64,000 bases of DNA, taken from contig CM052818.1 of the NCBI GenBank assembly GCA_028534125.1, positions 24,678,001-24,742,000 on the forward strand, written 5' to 3'. A program made the position numbers and the translations under genes. Shown piece after piece: positions 37,168 to 50,382 of this stretch (position 1 is the stretch's first letter; each line of letters starts with the position of its first letter). Source of the stretch: Lama glama. Its lineage: Eukaryota. The notes below the pieces were generated by a model. That model did not search any database. It saw only the letters and a list, made by a program, of their open reading frames with translations, and was not told the DNA's origin.

Positions 37168-37359
37168 AAGCAGAACCATCATTTCCTGTAACTACAATGT
37201 CATATTTGTATGGCCCTCGTCCTGTTATCAAGGTATCAGAAGATTTCAGACAGTCATCAGAAACTTGTTGAGTCCAGCACTGCGATGTGGTTGTTTCCTT
37301 GAAATCTATCCTCCGTAGTTCTGACGCGTTTGCAGTTCTGTCAGATTTATCACTTTCCT

Positions 37360-37670
37360 CCCTCCTCCCCTGCCCTTACCTGGTTTTCTCCTACTCACAC
37401 TCCAGGATCAGATTAGCTCTCTGTTCTTCCAGGAAGCCTTCTCTGACCTGACCTCATCCATAGCTTTGGTGGTCCTGGCCCTGTTCGGTTTCAAAAGGAT
37501 TATATATGTATCCCTTCTGAACTAATTACACTCTTTTATCCGAAAACTACACAGCTGTTTACCCCACTAGACTACTATCTTGTGAGCAGGGACTTCGTCT
37601 TCTATGTCTTCGTATCCCCAGTACTAAGCTCAGGCTCTGGTATTAATGAGTGATCAATAAATGCACGAAA
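37360..37670 (+). mobile_element. L2 3' end
   Basis: ccaggaagccttctctgacc...ccccactagact...gagcagggac...gtatccccagtac...caataaatg. Confidence 0.75.
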
Positions 37671-37689
37671 TGGAAGGGCTTCTGATTTT

Positions 37690-39830
37690 GGAGTGAGAGC
37701 AGGATAAGGCAAGTTGAAAATCCTTCTACTACAAACACCTACAAATGTGAGATGAACTGCAGGAAACGTTCTTTAAGATGCACAGCTGAGCGTACGAGGA
37801 AGAAGGGGAAGTCCCCAGTGGCAGGCATGAAGGCAGCACTGAAAACCAGACACGTATGTTCTGCCAATGTGACAGCAGCCCCAGGAGAGTTTGGTAAGAG
37901 GTGGAGGGTAGCGATTCAGATAAGCTGAGGATGGGGTTCCACCGTCTAAGCAGAAACAGGAGATTGAGGCTTTGAGCCAGTGTGGAGGGAAGAGGTGGAC
38001 TGAGTTAGGACCCTTGAAGGTTTACAATTTTAGTGAAAGATCTGACCAGGTAAGAAATTTCTGCTAACACTGAGAGATGACAGGGACATTTCTCTTCTCT
38101 CTCTTGGACTCTGGGTAAGAAGAAACAAAAATTCTCTGCAAGTTTATAACCCAGGACTGTACTTCCTTTGGGTTTGTAATTCAAGTGTGTACTGGCTTGG
38201 CACTTCCAAATCAACCAATTAACAGAAGCGAAGTTCAGACTCAAGATATCCCTATAATGCTTGTCAGGAACACATGCAAAAACATACACGCAAAATCTGT
38301 TCTGAAGGATCCTGGCCCCAACCTGAGTTACAGTCTCCATCTACACATCCACACTGGGATCTAAAAATGACAAAATGCAATCCACTGTGAGCTAGAGAGG
38401 GCCTAAGTATCCCAAAAAGTTTGGCTGCTAGAATGTCAACCTAAAAGAAAGTATTTTTAAAGTATACTTAGAAGTATCAAATACACGAATGGAAGAATCA
38501 AAGACATTTTCCCAAAGAACACACACAGATGGCTAACAGGCACGTTAAAGGACTCTCAACCTTGTTAATCATCAGAGAAATGCAAATTAAAACCATAATG
38601 AGTTATCACCTCACACCTGTCAGAATGACTATCATCAAAAAAGACCACAAATAACAAATGTTGGAAAGGATGTGGAGAAGAGGGAACCCTGTACACCGTT
38701 GGGAATATAATTTGGTGCAGCCACTGTGGAAAACAGTGTGGAGTTTCCTCAAAAGACTAAAAACAGAACTACCACATGATCCGTCAATTCTACAGTATAT
38801 ATCTGAAGAAAATAAAACACTAATTTGAAAAGATACATGCACTACAACATTCATATCAGCATTATTTACAATAGCCAAGAAATAAAAGCAACCTAAGTGT
38901 CCATCAACATGGAATGGATGAGGAAGATGTGGTATAAATACACACACCCACACGATGGAATACTACTCAGGCATAAATAAGAAAGAAATTTTGCCATTTG
39001 CAACAACATGGATTGACTTGGAGGGTATTATGCTAAGTGAAATAAATCAGAAAGAGAAAGACACTTACATGTTGAATCTGAAAAACAAAGTATTGAATAT
39101 AACAAAAAAGAAACAGACTCATAGATATGGAGAACAAACTAGTGCTTACCACTGGGGAGAGGGATAAGATAGAGGTAGGTGATTAAAAGATACAAACTGT
39201 TATATGTAAAATAAGTGAGCTGCAAAGATATGTAGTACATATCCCTGTGTACAGCAAGGCAATACAGCCAATTTTTTGTAATAACTATAAATGGAGTATA
39301 CCTTTAAAAATGTGATTCACTATGTTATACACCTGAAACTTATATATAATATTGTAAACCAAGTGTACCTCAAAAAATAGATTAGAATCAAATTAAACAT
39401 ATTTTAAGAGAGACTTATATGAACTAGAAGATACATCTGAGGAAATCCAAAATAAAACACAGAATTAAAGAGCTGGAAAATATAAAAAGAAAGCTAAGAG
39501 GCATGGAAGAGAAATGAGTAGCTCTAATTTACATCTGGAAATCCAGAAGAGGAAAATACACGTTGAGAGGCAATTTCAAGGAAGTAACAGCAGACCATGG
39601 CCTGGACAAAAAATAATAAATTCTAAGAATCAGGAATTAGAGCGAATCCCAAGAAGAATAAATAACACTGCACCCACACCCAGACACTATAGAGTGAAAG
39701 GGCAGAAAACAAAACATGCAAAAAGAAGAAACTGAGAGTAACCGAGAAAAGAAGGTTAGGTTACCTTAAAGGCAACAACTGTTAGACTATCAGCAAACTT
39801 CTGCTCAAGAATAGAAGCCAGAATATAATC
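37690..39830 (+). mobile_element. Old HAL1/L1M 5' region and ORF1-like remnant, split by a younger L1
   Basis: 5'-like aaaatccttctactacaaacacct..., and ORF1-like gaactagaagatacatctgaggaaatcc...cacacccagacactatagagtgaaa after the insert. Confidence 0.55.
38503..39383 (+). mobile_element. 5'-truncated L1 ORF2 end plus 3' UTR
   Basis: agacattttcccaaagaa...gaactaccacatgatcc...gtacctcaaaaaa. Candidate TSD agaatcaaa at 38494-38502 and 39384-39392. Confidence 0.92.
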
Positions 39831-39835
39831 CTAGT

Positions 39836-40068
39836 GGAGTAAAAACAAGAGTTTGAGATACTATTACATATAAAATAGGTAAATAACAAGCTTCTACTGT
39901 GTAGCACAGGGAACCATATTCAACATCTTACAGTAACCCATAATGAAAAAGAACATGAAAAGGAATGTATGCATGTATATGTATGACTGAAGCACTGTGC
40001 TGTACACCAGAAATTGACACAACATTGCAAACTGACTATACTTCAATTTTAAAAAAGAATAAAAAAAA
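39836..40068 (+). mobile_element. Camelid-type L1 3' end
   Basis: gtatgactgaagcactgtgctgtacaccagaaattgacacaacattgcaaactgactatacttcaa plus an A-tail. Same family as the 16338 copy. Confidence 0.92.
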
Positions 40069-41509
40069 GAAGACTTTTTATTTTGTATGCCTTCTTGTAT
40101 CACCCAGTTGTGTCCCCTTGGAAGGATTTTTAAATCCATTCAGTCTTAGCAGGGAAAAGGTCCTTAATCAGTTATCACAGGCTGTCATTGGCAGAAGGCA
40201 GGCAAGTGAAGCACCAGTCATTGTGTGTGTTAGTCATCCATCCAAGATCTAGGCTGTCGAACGGGCCAGTGGAGTGTTACTGCCCCACACCAGAAAGTTC
40301 CTTCCGGTGGCCAGAAGGTCAGAATAAAGGCCCTTCAGTTCATCTAACGAGGCTGTTCCCAGAATCAAGCTAATATACATAAAACACGTCTTGGAAAAAT
40401 ATTTGCATTTAATAAACGGAGCGGCAATTCTGATAATAATGCTGCTGAAGGGGTATTAAATATTCACATCAACAACATCCTTCCAGCTCCAGTACCTGGC
40501 ACCCAACGCCCCCTTCGATTTGGCAGAAGTTGATTCCTATGGTGTGAATACTACAGGGGAAACTCCAAGGAGCTAATACCAGACCAGCCCCAATTAACTC
40601 CACCTTCCTCGACAGTGGCATGGTATTGATTTGCACCGGTGGACAACATCATTATAATTGGTTCTGTAAAGGCAGACTTTAAATTAAGGATGTGATTTCC
40701 ATGACTGAAATACTATAGTATACATAAAACTGTGGGGGACCTGGCGTCTATTTTCCCACACAAACAGTGTAACAGAGAAATTAATTCCCAAACGAATGTA
40801 ACAGACAAAAACCTGCATTGTCCCTAGTGAACAACAGAACACACAGCAACGGGTACCACTTCACTGTGAATCTTGTCCCTAAGGGAACATCTACATATAG
40901 AACCAATGTACGATGGGCAATCCAGGACTGCAAGACCCAAGACCTTCCCTCCATTTCACCAGCTGTCTACCAGCTCTCCTGCCCTGGACACTGAACCCCA
41001 CCCAACCCCACATTCAGAGCAGGCTGAAGCAGGATGAAGGGCTCCAGCACTACCTGTGTGGGCTTGGGAAGAGTGAGAGAGGAAGAAGGTACGAGCATGT
41101 TTATAAGCTAAAAATTTTTTAAAAAGGAAAGAAAAAAAAAGAACAAGTTCACAGGGCCAGGATACTTCTATAAGTTTGTCCTCAAGAAATTAGTCTGTTA
41201 ATTAGTTCAAATAATAATGTTTGAAATGTATTCAATGTTTCAATAAATCTGCTAAAGCTCTGCGTTCAGCACTTCGTAGAGAGTACTGAACCCTTCCAGC
41301 TACCCATGAGATAGGTACTGCATCCCCCATTTTATAGAGGAGGCGGCCAAGGCTTAGACACATGAGGTCACTAGTCCAGGGTCAGAGAGTTGGCAAGTGA
41401 TGGAGATAGGATTTGAGAAGACCAAGACCAAGCCTGGCTCCAGCTGCATCACTGCGAAACACGGCTTCCTGTCCAACCCTACTAAGCTGTCAGGATGAGG
41501 GATTAGGCC

Positions 41510-41692
41510 CAGGCATGGCAAACAAGTTTTAACTCGTGCCAGCTCAAATCTATTTGTGGTTGTTTTGCTATAGATTCCATCGCTCCTATCAGGGCTCAGT
41601 GAAAAAGAATGCCGTGCTCGTTTAGTGACGTCTGCCTCTGGTGAGAGAGTGGAGGAGTGAGTGACGCTACTTGCTACACGTTTGCCCTCCTG
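41510..41692 (-). mobile_element. MER102-like hAT-Charlie element
   Basis: Terminal inverted repeats caggcatggcaaac... and ...gtttgccctcctg, with internal gggctcagtgaaaaagaatgccgtg. Confidence 0.65.
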
Positions 41693-44114
41693 GGAACCGT
41701 GAATCCTCTGGAGAGATTTCGTCTTTCATATTCGAGTTAGAAGAACTCGAAGTATTGTAAGAAGAAAAATAACATTGACAATTGCTGCCACTCCTGATTT
41801 ATTTATTTTAATGGAAAGACACCCATCTGTGATATAAAACTTAAAATTGGAATACAAGCTGCTAAATTGTTCTGACGTCTGCATTGGTAAAGGTTAACCT
41901 CAAATACCACTGCTCCCAATGTTTCATGATTTTTTTAATGAGAGAAGTGATAATCCGGCAGCAGAGATGAAATGAAGTGGTATGCTTCCCCACCAAAAAA
42001 AAAACAAAAACAAAACACCACCACCAGAACCAAAACAACCCTTATAACTGTCAGCCAGCTGCCAGGAGCTTCGTGAGTCAAACACCCAGATTAATAAGTC
42101 CCAGTTCCTCACTGACCAAGGGAAACACACGGGAAAATCACATCTGTCTAAATCTATCTGACCAGGCCTTTTTAGCTAAAACTGCAATTCTATGCCCTCT
42201 ACCCTATCTGCCTTTTCTGCTTTTCAAAAAAAAATGTTTTTCTCTGTATCACTTACCACCACCCCTACAAGTGCACCACATGTTCACTTTCTATTGACCC
42301 GCCCTTTCTCAGTATCCCCACCAAACTGTAAACTTCATGAGGGCAGGGACGTCTTCCGTTTTGTCCTCTGCTCCCTCCCCCAGGGCTAGAATTGTGACTG
42401 CCACCTAGTAGGTGAATGAATAAGTGAAGCACCCAGACTCGAGTTGTTTCCTATAAAACAGGGGAAAAGAAAGTAAAATCAAAATTTCTAAACACTTCTT
42501 TTACAGTGGATCCAGAATGCAGAAGTTTCCGAAATGTGGGTCTAGTTGGGAGCTTCAGCCTATTTCTTAATAAAGATGCCACTTTCTAAGTCTTAGTCCC
42601 TGAGGCTCCACACTGAAGCTCTCAGTCCACAAGGACCATAGGAGCATACTGTGTCCTTATGACAGCATGTGTAGCCAGAACTAATGAATCATAATGTGCA
42701 TTTTACCACCACCACCACCCCAGGTGATTCTTACGCACTCAAAAGTCTGAGAAGCACTATCCCACATGATAAGATTTCAGAACTCTTTGCTGAAAACTTA
42801 TCAGTGGAAGCACATGCCAGTCTTTGGACTCCACGAAACCCAGGTGTCGCTTGTTCCTGGGACGTTAACCTCAACTGTCAGGCTTCCATTTCGAAGCCCT
42901 GCATCAGCATCAGAGACATGCCATATCGCCTAAATTTAAAAAAACAAATCTGCTCAATATCCCATGCTGCCCTTTGGTAGCATCCCACGGCCAGCACGTA
43001 TCACAGCTTAGCCAAGGCATCGTCGCACAAGGAGAGTCATGCTGGAGCTCTTGAGCTGTGAGCCCTTTGATAGATCACGTTTTTGTCTTTGAGGCCCCAC
43101 TGAGTCATCTGTTTACGTGGATGGGGATACACACCCTTCCTCCCCTCAAGGGTGTTTTGAATTGCAGATGGGATCATATTTGCAAAAGTCTTCAGAAAGC
43201 TGCGTAAGATGAGTTCTTACTCAAGCATTAGTTTTTCACTCACCGCTTCCTCACACATGCTTGGTTCACGCTTGGTGAGATGGAGTCACGCCATATCACG
43301 ATCAGCATTTGAGGACCAACTGTTGTTTGTTCTTGTTCCAGAAGCCATAGCTGCTAAAGTGGGATGTCTTCCAATATATGGTTTTGGTCCTAATTATTTC
43401 ACACAGCACCCACACAGTAGTATGTTCTCCGTTGCCACTGAGAGTTAGAAGAAATAACTATCCTTCCTTCCTGAATCACCAAAACCGTTAGAACTGAGCT
43501 CTGCCCCAGAGTTCTCACCCTCCTTCTGGGCTTCAACCACCAGGTCCCTAGCGAATCTTGCCTCACTTCGAGGAGCAAAATAGCCTTGCCCCCACCAAGA
43601 AGGAAACATCTTGCCCACCCAACAGTCGTCCTTGGATCGACAGGCAAGCTACAGCCTGAGTCGTGTGTTTTCTGTCTACACTGGGGGACATGCTCTCCCT
43701 GATCCTGGCCTGAGCCCCATCCACCACCTGTTTCCTGGTACCTAAACTCCTGCCTTTGTGTAAATCTGCATCCATATCAATAACCTTCTATAGTCCTAGG
43801 TATCTGGAGGTTGATCCCAACTCTCCGCTCCCCTTGGTTTTTGCTAATTCTTCTGACTTCACGGTTGCTCTCTGAATTAACACAGCCCCCAGACCTCCTG
43901 CTGGTAAGCTTCGCCTACACGCTGCATTGTCCACCAGAGCCCAAGTGCCTGGGCCTGGCCAGTTACCTAATCCCAAGACCACTCAAGAGCTAGTACTGAG
44001 CACCCGTGTGCTAGTCCTTCTCGTGAAACAGCTCGTTCTGCTCGTGCCACGTCAAGGTGCCACTGCTTTCTACAACACCAGTGCCATCCCATGAGTTCAC
44101 GTATGTAAGGAGGT

Positions 44115-45150
44115 GAACTTATCCACTGAAGTGTAATAAACATACAAAGAAGCACATGCATCATAAACACCTCAATAAATATTCAGAGTGAACACGTGTA
44201 TATAATTTCCATTCAGTTCAAGAAATAGAATATATGTATATATAAAAAATAGGACATTTCCAGCATCCCAGAAGCCCCTTCATGCCCTTCCCCAGTCATT
44301 AAAATTGTTGGGATGAACACTTGCTCCTCCCCGTCACCATCCACTTCCTCAAAAATAACCATCCCCTTGACTTTTCACACCATAGGTTAGTTGTGCCTGC
44401 TTTTGAGATTTATACCCGGAATCATGCAGGGTGTACTCTTCTATGCCTGCCTTTTTCTACTGAATATGTCTAGAAGATTCATCCAGGTGTTTGCATGTAG
44501 CAGTTTATTCTTTACAATAAAGTATTCCATTTTATGAATATACCACCATTTACCTACTTTTGATGGACATTTGGTTATTTCCAGTTCTGTTCTGCTACAA
44601 GCAGCATCACTATAAACATCCTTGCATGTGTCTTTTGGTGAACATCACGTACACCTCCCCTGTTGCATATATAACCAGAAGTAAAGTAGCCGATTGGGAG
44701 GATGCACATGCCTTCACTTTACCTAAATGTGACAGTTCTCCAAAGCTGTTGTACCAATGTACACGCCCCTCCACAGCATTTGAAAATCCCAGTTACTCTG
44801 CATCTTTGCAAACAGCTGGTATTGTCTTTTACACTTTAGTCATCCCAGTTACTGTGATTTAATGTGATTCTCCCAAGACTGATGATTTCAAGCACCTTTT
44901 CATATGCTTAGTAGCATTTTGGATATTTATAAGTTGCCTGTTCAGCTACTTTGCCCATTTTTCTATTCACACACATTTTTCTTATTGCCATGTGGAAAAA
45001 AAAATATTTATGTTTGTAGGTAGTGCAAATAGCATCCCTCACTCTGTAACTTGCCTTATCACTCTCTAGTGTCTGTAAAGAATCGTTCCTAACTTTGAGT
45101 CTAGAAATCAATTTTTTCCCTTACGGTTAGTGCTTTTTGTATGTTCAAGA
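44115..45150 (-). mobile_element. L1ME-like 3' region
   Basis: catttccagcatcccagaagcccc...tgatggacatttggttatttccag...aagcaccttttcatatgctta in the orientation typical of an antisense L1. Confidence 0.82.
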
Positions 45151-46204
45151 ACCCCAGCAAGTGACAGTCTGCCTCTGACGGATGCAAATTGTCCCCACCT
45201 TGGCTTCCATTGATGTGAAAGTCACTTAAAGTAGTCAATCTTTAAGGTCTTATAAACAGCAACATTTTTCAGGTTCTCCCTGAAATTTGACTTTTCTCAA
45301 CGCTCAGCCAGTGGCTGACCTAGACCTTGCAGTCATCCACATACTGCTGGTGTACTATTGAGCTTTACATCTTCCTTTGGATGTAAAAGATTTATCGACA
45401 TTGGCTTGAGAAATTCAGTCCCAAAAAATCCCCAGTGAATGAAGCAAAGACCTGTTTAAAAAAATGCCTACTTCATAATTATTTACCAAACTGATTGCTA
45501 AGTGAAGACAAAAAGTGTTCTGCTTAATTGTACTACCTTACAAAGAAATACTGATAAGCCTTAGACTGCTGGGACCTTTAAATCCTAGAGATGGTTCAGG
45601 GCCATTTCATTTCATCCTCAAAGAGAGAAGATGGTAGTGCATCTTTTTACAGATGAGAAATTTGAAGCACAACTCTTAAGAAATTAGGCAATACCTGAAA
45701 GTCCACAGAACAGTGCCTGCCACATTCCATAAGCCGACAATGAATCTTAGCTACTATTGCTACTGCTACTGTAAGTCCTGTCTTTTGTGGTTGTGAAACA
45801 TGAGGCCCACAGAGATTTAAAAAACAAAAACAAAAACAAAACAAACAAAACAGATTCTCAAGATGTCCTTCTAGCTGCAGAATTAAGACTAAACCCCATG
45901 TAATCGTATGCTCAGTCAATAGATCGTTTCTCTTAAACTACACAGTGTCTCAGAATTGCTGGCCTAAAATGGTTTCAGGGGATACTTACAGGAGAGATGG
46001 GCTCAGCAACATTTAATAACCGGTAGGATCACAACTTCCTGTTTTTATTTTTACCACTTTATAAATGGTATTACTATGTGTGTGTGTGTGTGTTTTTTAA
46101 CATTGTGATCTTTTTCTTATTGAATCAACATTCTTCCTATTTTTCAATTAGGATAATTGCCACTAAATACAAATGTATCACCTCCACCAAAACAGTATCG
46201 TGAG

Positions 46205-47010
46205 TGTTTCGGTTTATTTCCCTTGGGTAACCAATGATTCCCCAAACTGGTGATGTTGGACAGTCATCATTTCTTTTTCTTAGGCATCTAAGGGTCAGCA
46301 GTTTAGGTTGTGCCGACCTGAGGGGTTCTGATCTCAGGTTCTGATCTGATCTCAGCTGGATGCGTGCTCAACTACAGGTCAGCTACCCAGCTCTGCTCCT
46401 GGGGGCTGACTGTGTAGCTGCTGGGATCAGGAGGGCCTGGGGCCACAGACCTCTCCTCACCCAGTAGGCAACCTGGGCTCCTTCATGTGGTGGTTCCAAG
46501 AGAGCAAATGCAGGTGTGAAAAGCCTCTTGGGCCGAGGCTCAGGAACAGCAAACCACTTTTGCTACATTCTATTGGCTAAAGCAAGTCGCAGGTTGATGG
46601 TGGTCGTGGGGAGGATGTGGCTGCTGGTTGGCCCAGGCAACTCAGGGCTCCTCATCCTCCCCTGTTCTTGGAATGGACTTCCTGCCTACCATGTTCAAAC
46701 TAGCAGCCATTTCAAGGATGCAGCCTGAGAGTAAGGGGTTGTTATACCGTCTGGACTGAAAACATGACTGAACCAGAGGCAGCTGCCCAAGACAAGCCTC
46801 CTATGTAAGTTCCCTTGCTTCTTAAACCTGCTAGCTGCCAATCTTCCATCCCTCCTGCCCCTGTGTACGGGGGCCCACTTGTGAACCAGCACAAGCCCAG
46901 CCCAGAGTCAAGGGGTGAGGAAATACACTCTGCTTCCTGATGGGAGATACGGCAAAGGTCAGCTACATGGAGGAAAACAACTGTGGCCGCTTTTGAAAAA
47001 CTTCACCACA
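46205..47010 (-). mobile_element. MLT1H-like MaLR LTR containing a nested LTR
   Basis: acattctattggctaaagcaagtc | gcccagcccagagtcaaggggtgaggaaatacactc...ttcaccaca. Confidence 0.7.
46595..46890 (+). mobile_element. ERVL-class LTR (MER74/MER54-like) nested in MLT1
   Basis: TG...CA ends, internal tgtaagttcccttgcttcttaaacctgc, and a degenerate 5-bp TSD caggt/caagc. Confidence 0.55.
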
Positions 47011-48149
47011 GTGAACAGACTTAAGCATCAGATAAACATGGTAACTCCACCTTGGTTTGGATTAGAATTCCTGTTATCTTTCAGGAAAAGAAGGCTTTCC
47101 CTGCAGTCATTAAAATAGGAGAAAAATATAAAAATATAAATCCTTATCATATGAACAAATATTTAAAAATTTTAAGACCCAAGGTTGGCAAAGCAGGAAG
47201 GAAATGAATACACTCATGTGTACATGCATTAAAGTGCATCGGTTTTGAATTTTATGAAGTTATTATAAAATCATGGATTTCACAAAGATATACCTCTATG
47301 GCTGTTTAGTGAAGCAGCATTTTTAATACTGAAAAACTGAAAAAAATGATATCCTACAATAAATAACTGGTTAAACACATTATGATGTAACCATATAATG
47401 GAATACTATAAAGTCATTCAAATGAAGATGCAATCAAACATTAAATGATATGGAAAGACAGTCACACTATATTAAGGTCAAAAAGATTATACAGGCTGTT
47501 AATTGCTTTGTATTTTTAGTTGGCAGTATTTCCTAAAGATACTACAGTTGGTATTATTTTGTTTTTGCAATCAGATGAATAGAGGCTCTTTGACAATAAA
47601 TTTGTCAGTCCTTTCAACCTGCTGCAAATGTAGCGTTTAAAAAAAACTGAATCTACCTTCAGCAATATGCTACTAGCACAAAGGAACTTATGAATCTCAT
47701 GTACTGGAAGGCATTGTTTAAATTTGAAACTGTGCCATGAGTCAGGACCCCGTGCTTCCCAGTCATTTTCTGTTTTAAAACTGTAGTAACTGGTACGGGC
47801 AGTGCAGCTGACCTGGAATGGAAGTCATAAAACATTAATAGGTCCAGCTCTGCCACGTTCTGGTTGAATGACCTGAAGAAAAACACCATCTCTTTTCATT
47901 TCATTTCTGCATCTGTCAAATGAGGGTGTAACTGACTTCAAACTCTCTGAGAGAAAAAACTGACCAGGTCAAATTCAACTTTGTATCCTCGGACTTGCCT
48001 TGGGAGACACTACATGCGCTTCAATATCATAGTCTACTTCATGGAGGGGTTTGGGGAACGACGGAGGCCGTAGGGGACATACTGGTATGTGTCCCGTCAC
48101 TCTGCAAGGAAGGTTCCATACGGAGGGAAGATGAATCAGACGTTTCTTA

Positions 48150-50382
48150 CGCACCATGTCATATCCCCTCGTATTCATTATGCCCAGGGCCTCTGGCCAC
48201 TTGTTCTAACCTCAGCAGCTGCAGTCGCTACCACCTCTGTGGGAAATCTGACCAATTTCACGTGAGCACAACCTGATAGCATCTCCCCACACACCTGTAT
48301 CATCAAAGAGCTGGTACCTATGCATATGCAACCCCGAAGTACCTAAGAATTAACACTCAAGATGAAACTCTGACTGGTGGACAGTCTTCTCCCTTCCTCC
48401 CCAGACAGACTGTCCTGAGAAATGATCATTCACAGAGCCAGGATCACGTGCTAACAGTTTGGTAACACCTCATCATGTTAGATTTTCCATCTTCCTCATT
48501 TCACTCCGTCTTTCTTCACTCATGCTTCCTGGGATCTCAGGCCTCCTCAGGAAGGGCCCTAAAGGGAAGTGGTAATGAAATCCTAGCGGGCAGAGCTGTG
48601 AGCAGTATATTTATTATTCACTCTGCATGGAGAGATCACCTGAAGTAAAGATATACAAGGAGTCCTGAGCAGTGGATTGGCTGGTTGGTCAGGGGCCCAG
48701 AAGGAGCAGATTAGAAGGCTTGGGGAAGGGGTGTCTGTGACAGAGACAGAATGATGGACATTTGAGCATGAGCACAAAGTATGAAAACATTACGTCTCAC
48801 GTCCTCCAGAGAGCATTCACCAGGGAGGAGACTCTCAAAAACCAAACGGGTAGGAATGACTTGTTCTGTGGGTATCAGCCAAGCTGTCTCCTTGACTACC
48901 TCAAGCTGGCACAAGGAGCCCATGAACAGGGTGGTCATGGTGGCAGGAAATGAGGCTGCGCCAGGACCCCACAGCACAAGCTCCCTCTCCAAAGACTGAT
49001 CTAGTTCTACTACTACTAAATGCACAAAACTGACAGCAGTGAAGGCTCATATGGCACCATTCTGGAGGGGACCAGCCAACAGATGGCAGGTTAATGACAT
49101 CACATCCATTTCACCCTAGAGGAGATAGCAATTTAGCACAACCAGAGTCCACATCTACTCTGGATATGGGTTTGCCTTCCCTGCTATGGTGCCTTTGCCA
49201 GTATCATGCCCCTCAAAGGACTTATAGAATTATATCTGTTTTACTCACATAACATCACATATAACATTGCCTTGGACCAAGAAACCAATTTCTCATCAAG
49301 AACACTCAACAGTAGGTACCTGAACATATCCCAAAAGCAGTCAACCCAGCAAAGCAGTGAGTACGCTGTTAACGGCCCGGGTTCAGCATCAGATTGAGGA
49401 CATCTCTGATGGATTTCTGGTCTAGAGTGTGTACACGTATTAACTGATGGTGCTTTGTTTCCAACATGAAGATGGGAGTCTGGCAACCAAGGGGTAAAAA
49501 GATACACCCCTCTTGTCATCACTTCTGGTGACCAGCTGTGGAATTTGTTTCTCATCCTATTTTCTAATTTGGGGTGGGGGCTGGGAAAAAATGAGCAGTG
49601 CAAGGAACAAATTTTTCCGTCATGGAACACATTAATGGCTCCAGTGACTTCCTCACGGTAATACCAAAGGTCCCTGTCTTCCTCATGCTACTGGATAAAG
49701 AAAAGCCATCCCGTTGGAAGAGTGCTTGATTCTGACTGCACTGAGGGGCTCAGGTAGCTGCCACACAATGGATGAAAGGAGAGGTTCCCCTGGGACACCC
49801 CTGGTGCTTCTCTGATCAGTGGTAACAGCAAGCAGGCCACTGAAGCAATCACAGCCTGACACAAACAAGGCACAGACAACCTCAAGGTCGAGGGCTTGAG
49901 CCATCCCACTGGGTAAGCACACCGGATCTGCTGAAGTGCTGGCCACCAGCAGAGCAAATCCAGAAGAGATGGCAGAGGAGGGAGATGACACCTCTCATTT
50001 AACGAGTTTGCATCATTAATCCTCCCAAGTTTTTTCTGAGTCTCAGCTGGCCATTACCTCCATATCCAAGATGTTCAGATGAATTAATACTCATGAGGTT
50101 AACATCTGACCAATGACAGACAGGAGCCAGTGGATACTTCCTCCCTTGGACAGATTTTTCTTGCAAACTAGTCATTTGTACCATCTCTAAGAAGATAATC
50201 CAGCAAGACTGAGCTCTCAGTTGCTCTTGACACCGAGTGGTGGTGGGCTTAACCATGCCCCTTTGTGCTGACTGTCCCTCCTCTCCTCACTCACTGACAG
50301 TTTTCTTCCCTTCCACCCCTGGGGTTATACTCCCTAATAATACTCCTTGCCTCGGGCTTTGATTTGGAAACCAAGATAAGAC
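48150..50382 (+). mobile_element. Deleted ERVL provirus (ERV3-16A3/LTR16-like): LTR - RNaseH/integrase remnant - LTR
   Basis: ERVL integrase motifs survive in broken frames: AHEQGGHGGR (ORF 48762..48953), YSGYGFAFPA (49156-49185) and NIALDQETNF (ORF 49206..49397). LTR16-like segments lie at ~48150-48570 and ~50010-50382 (ending aagaca). Confidence 0.8.
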
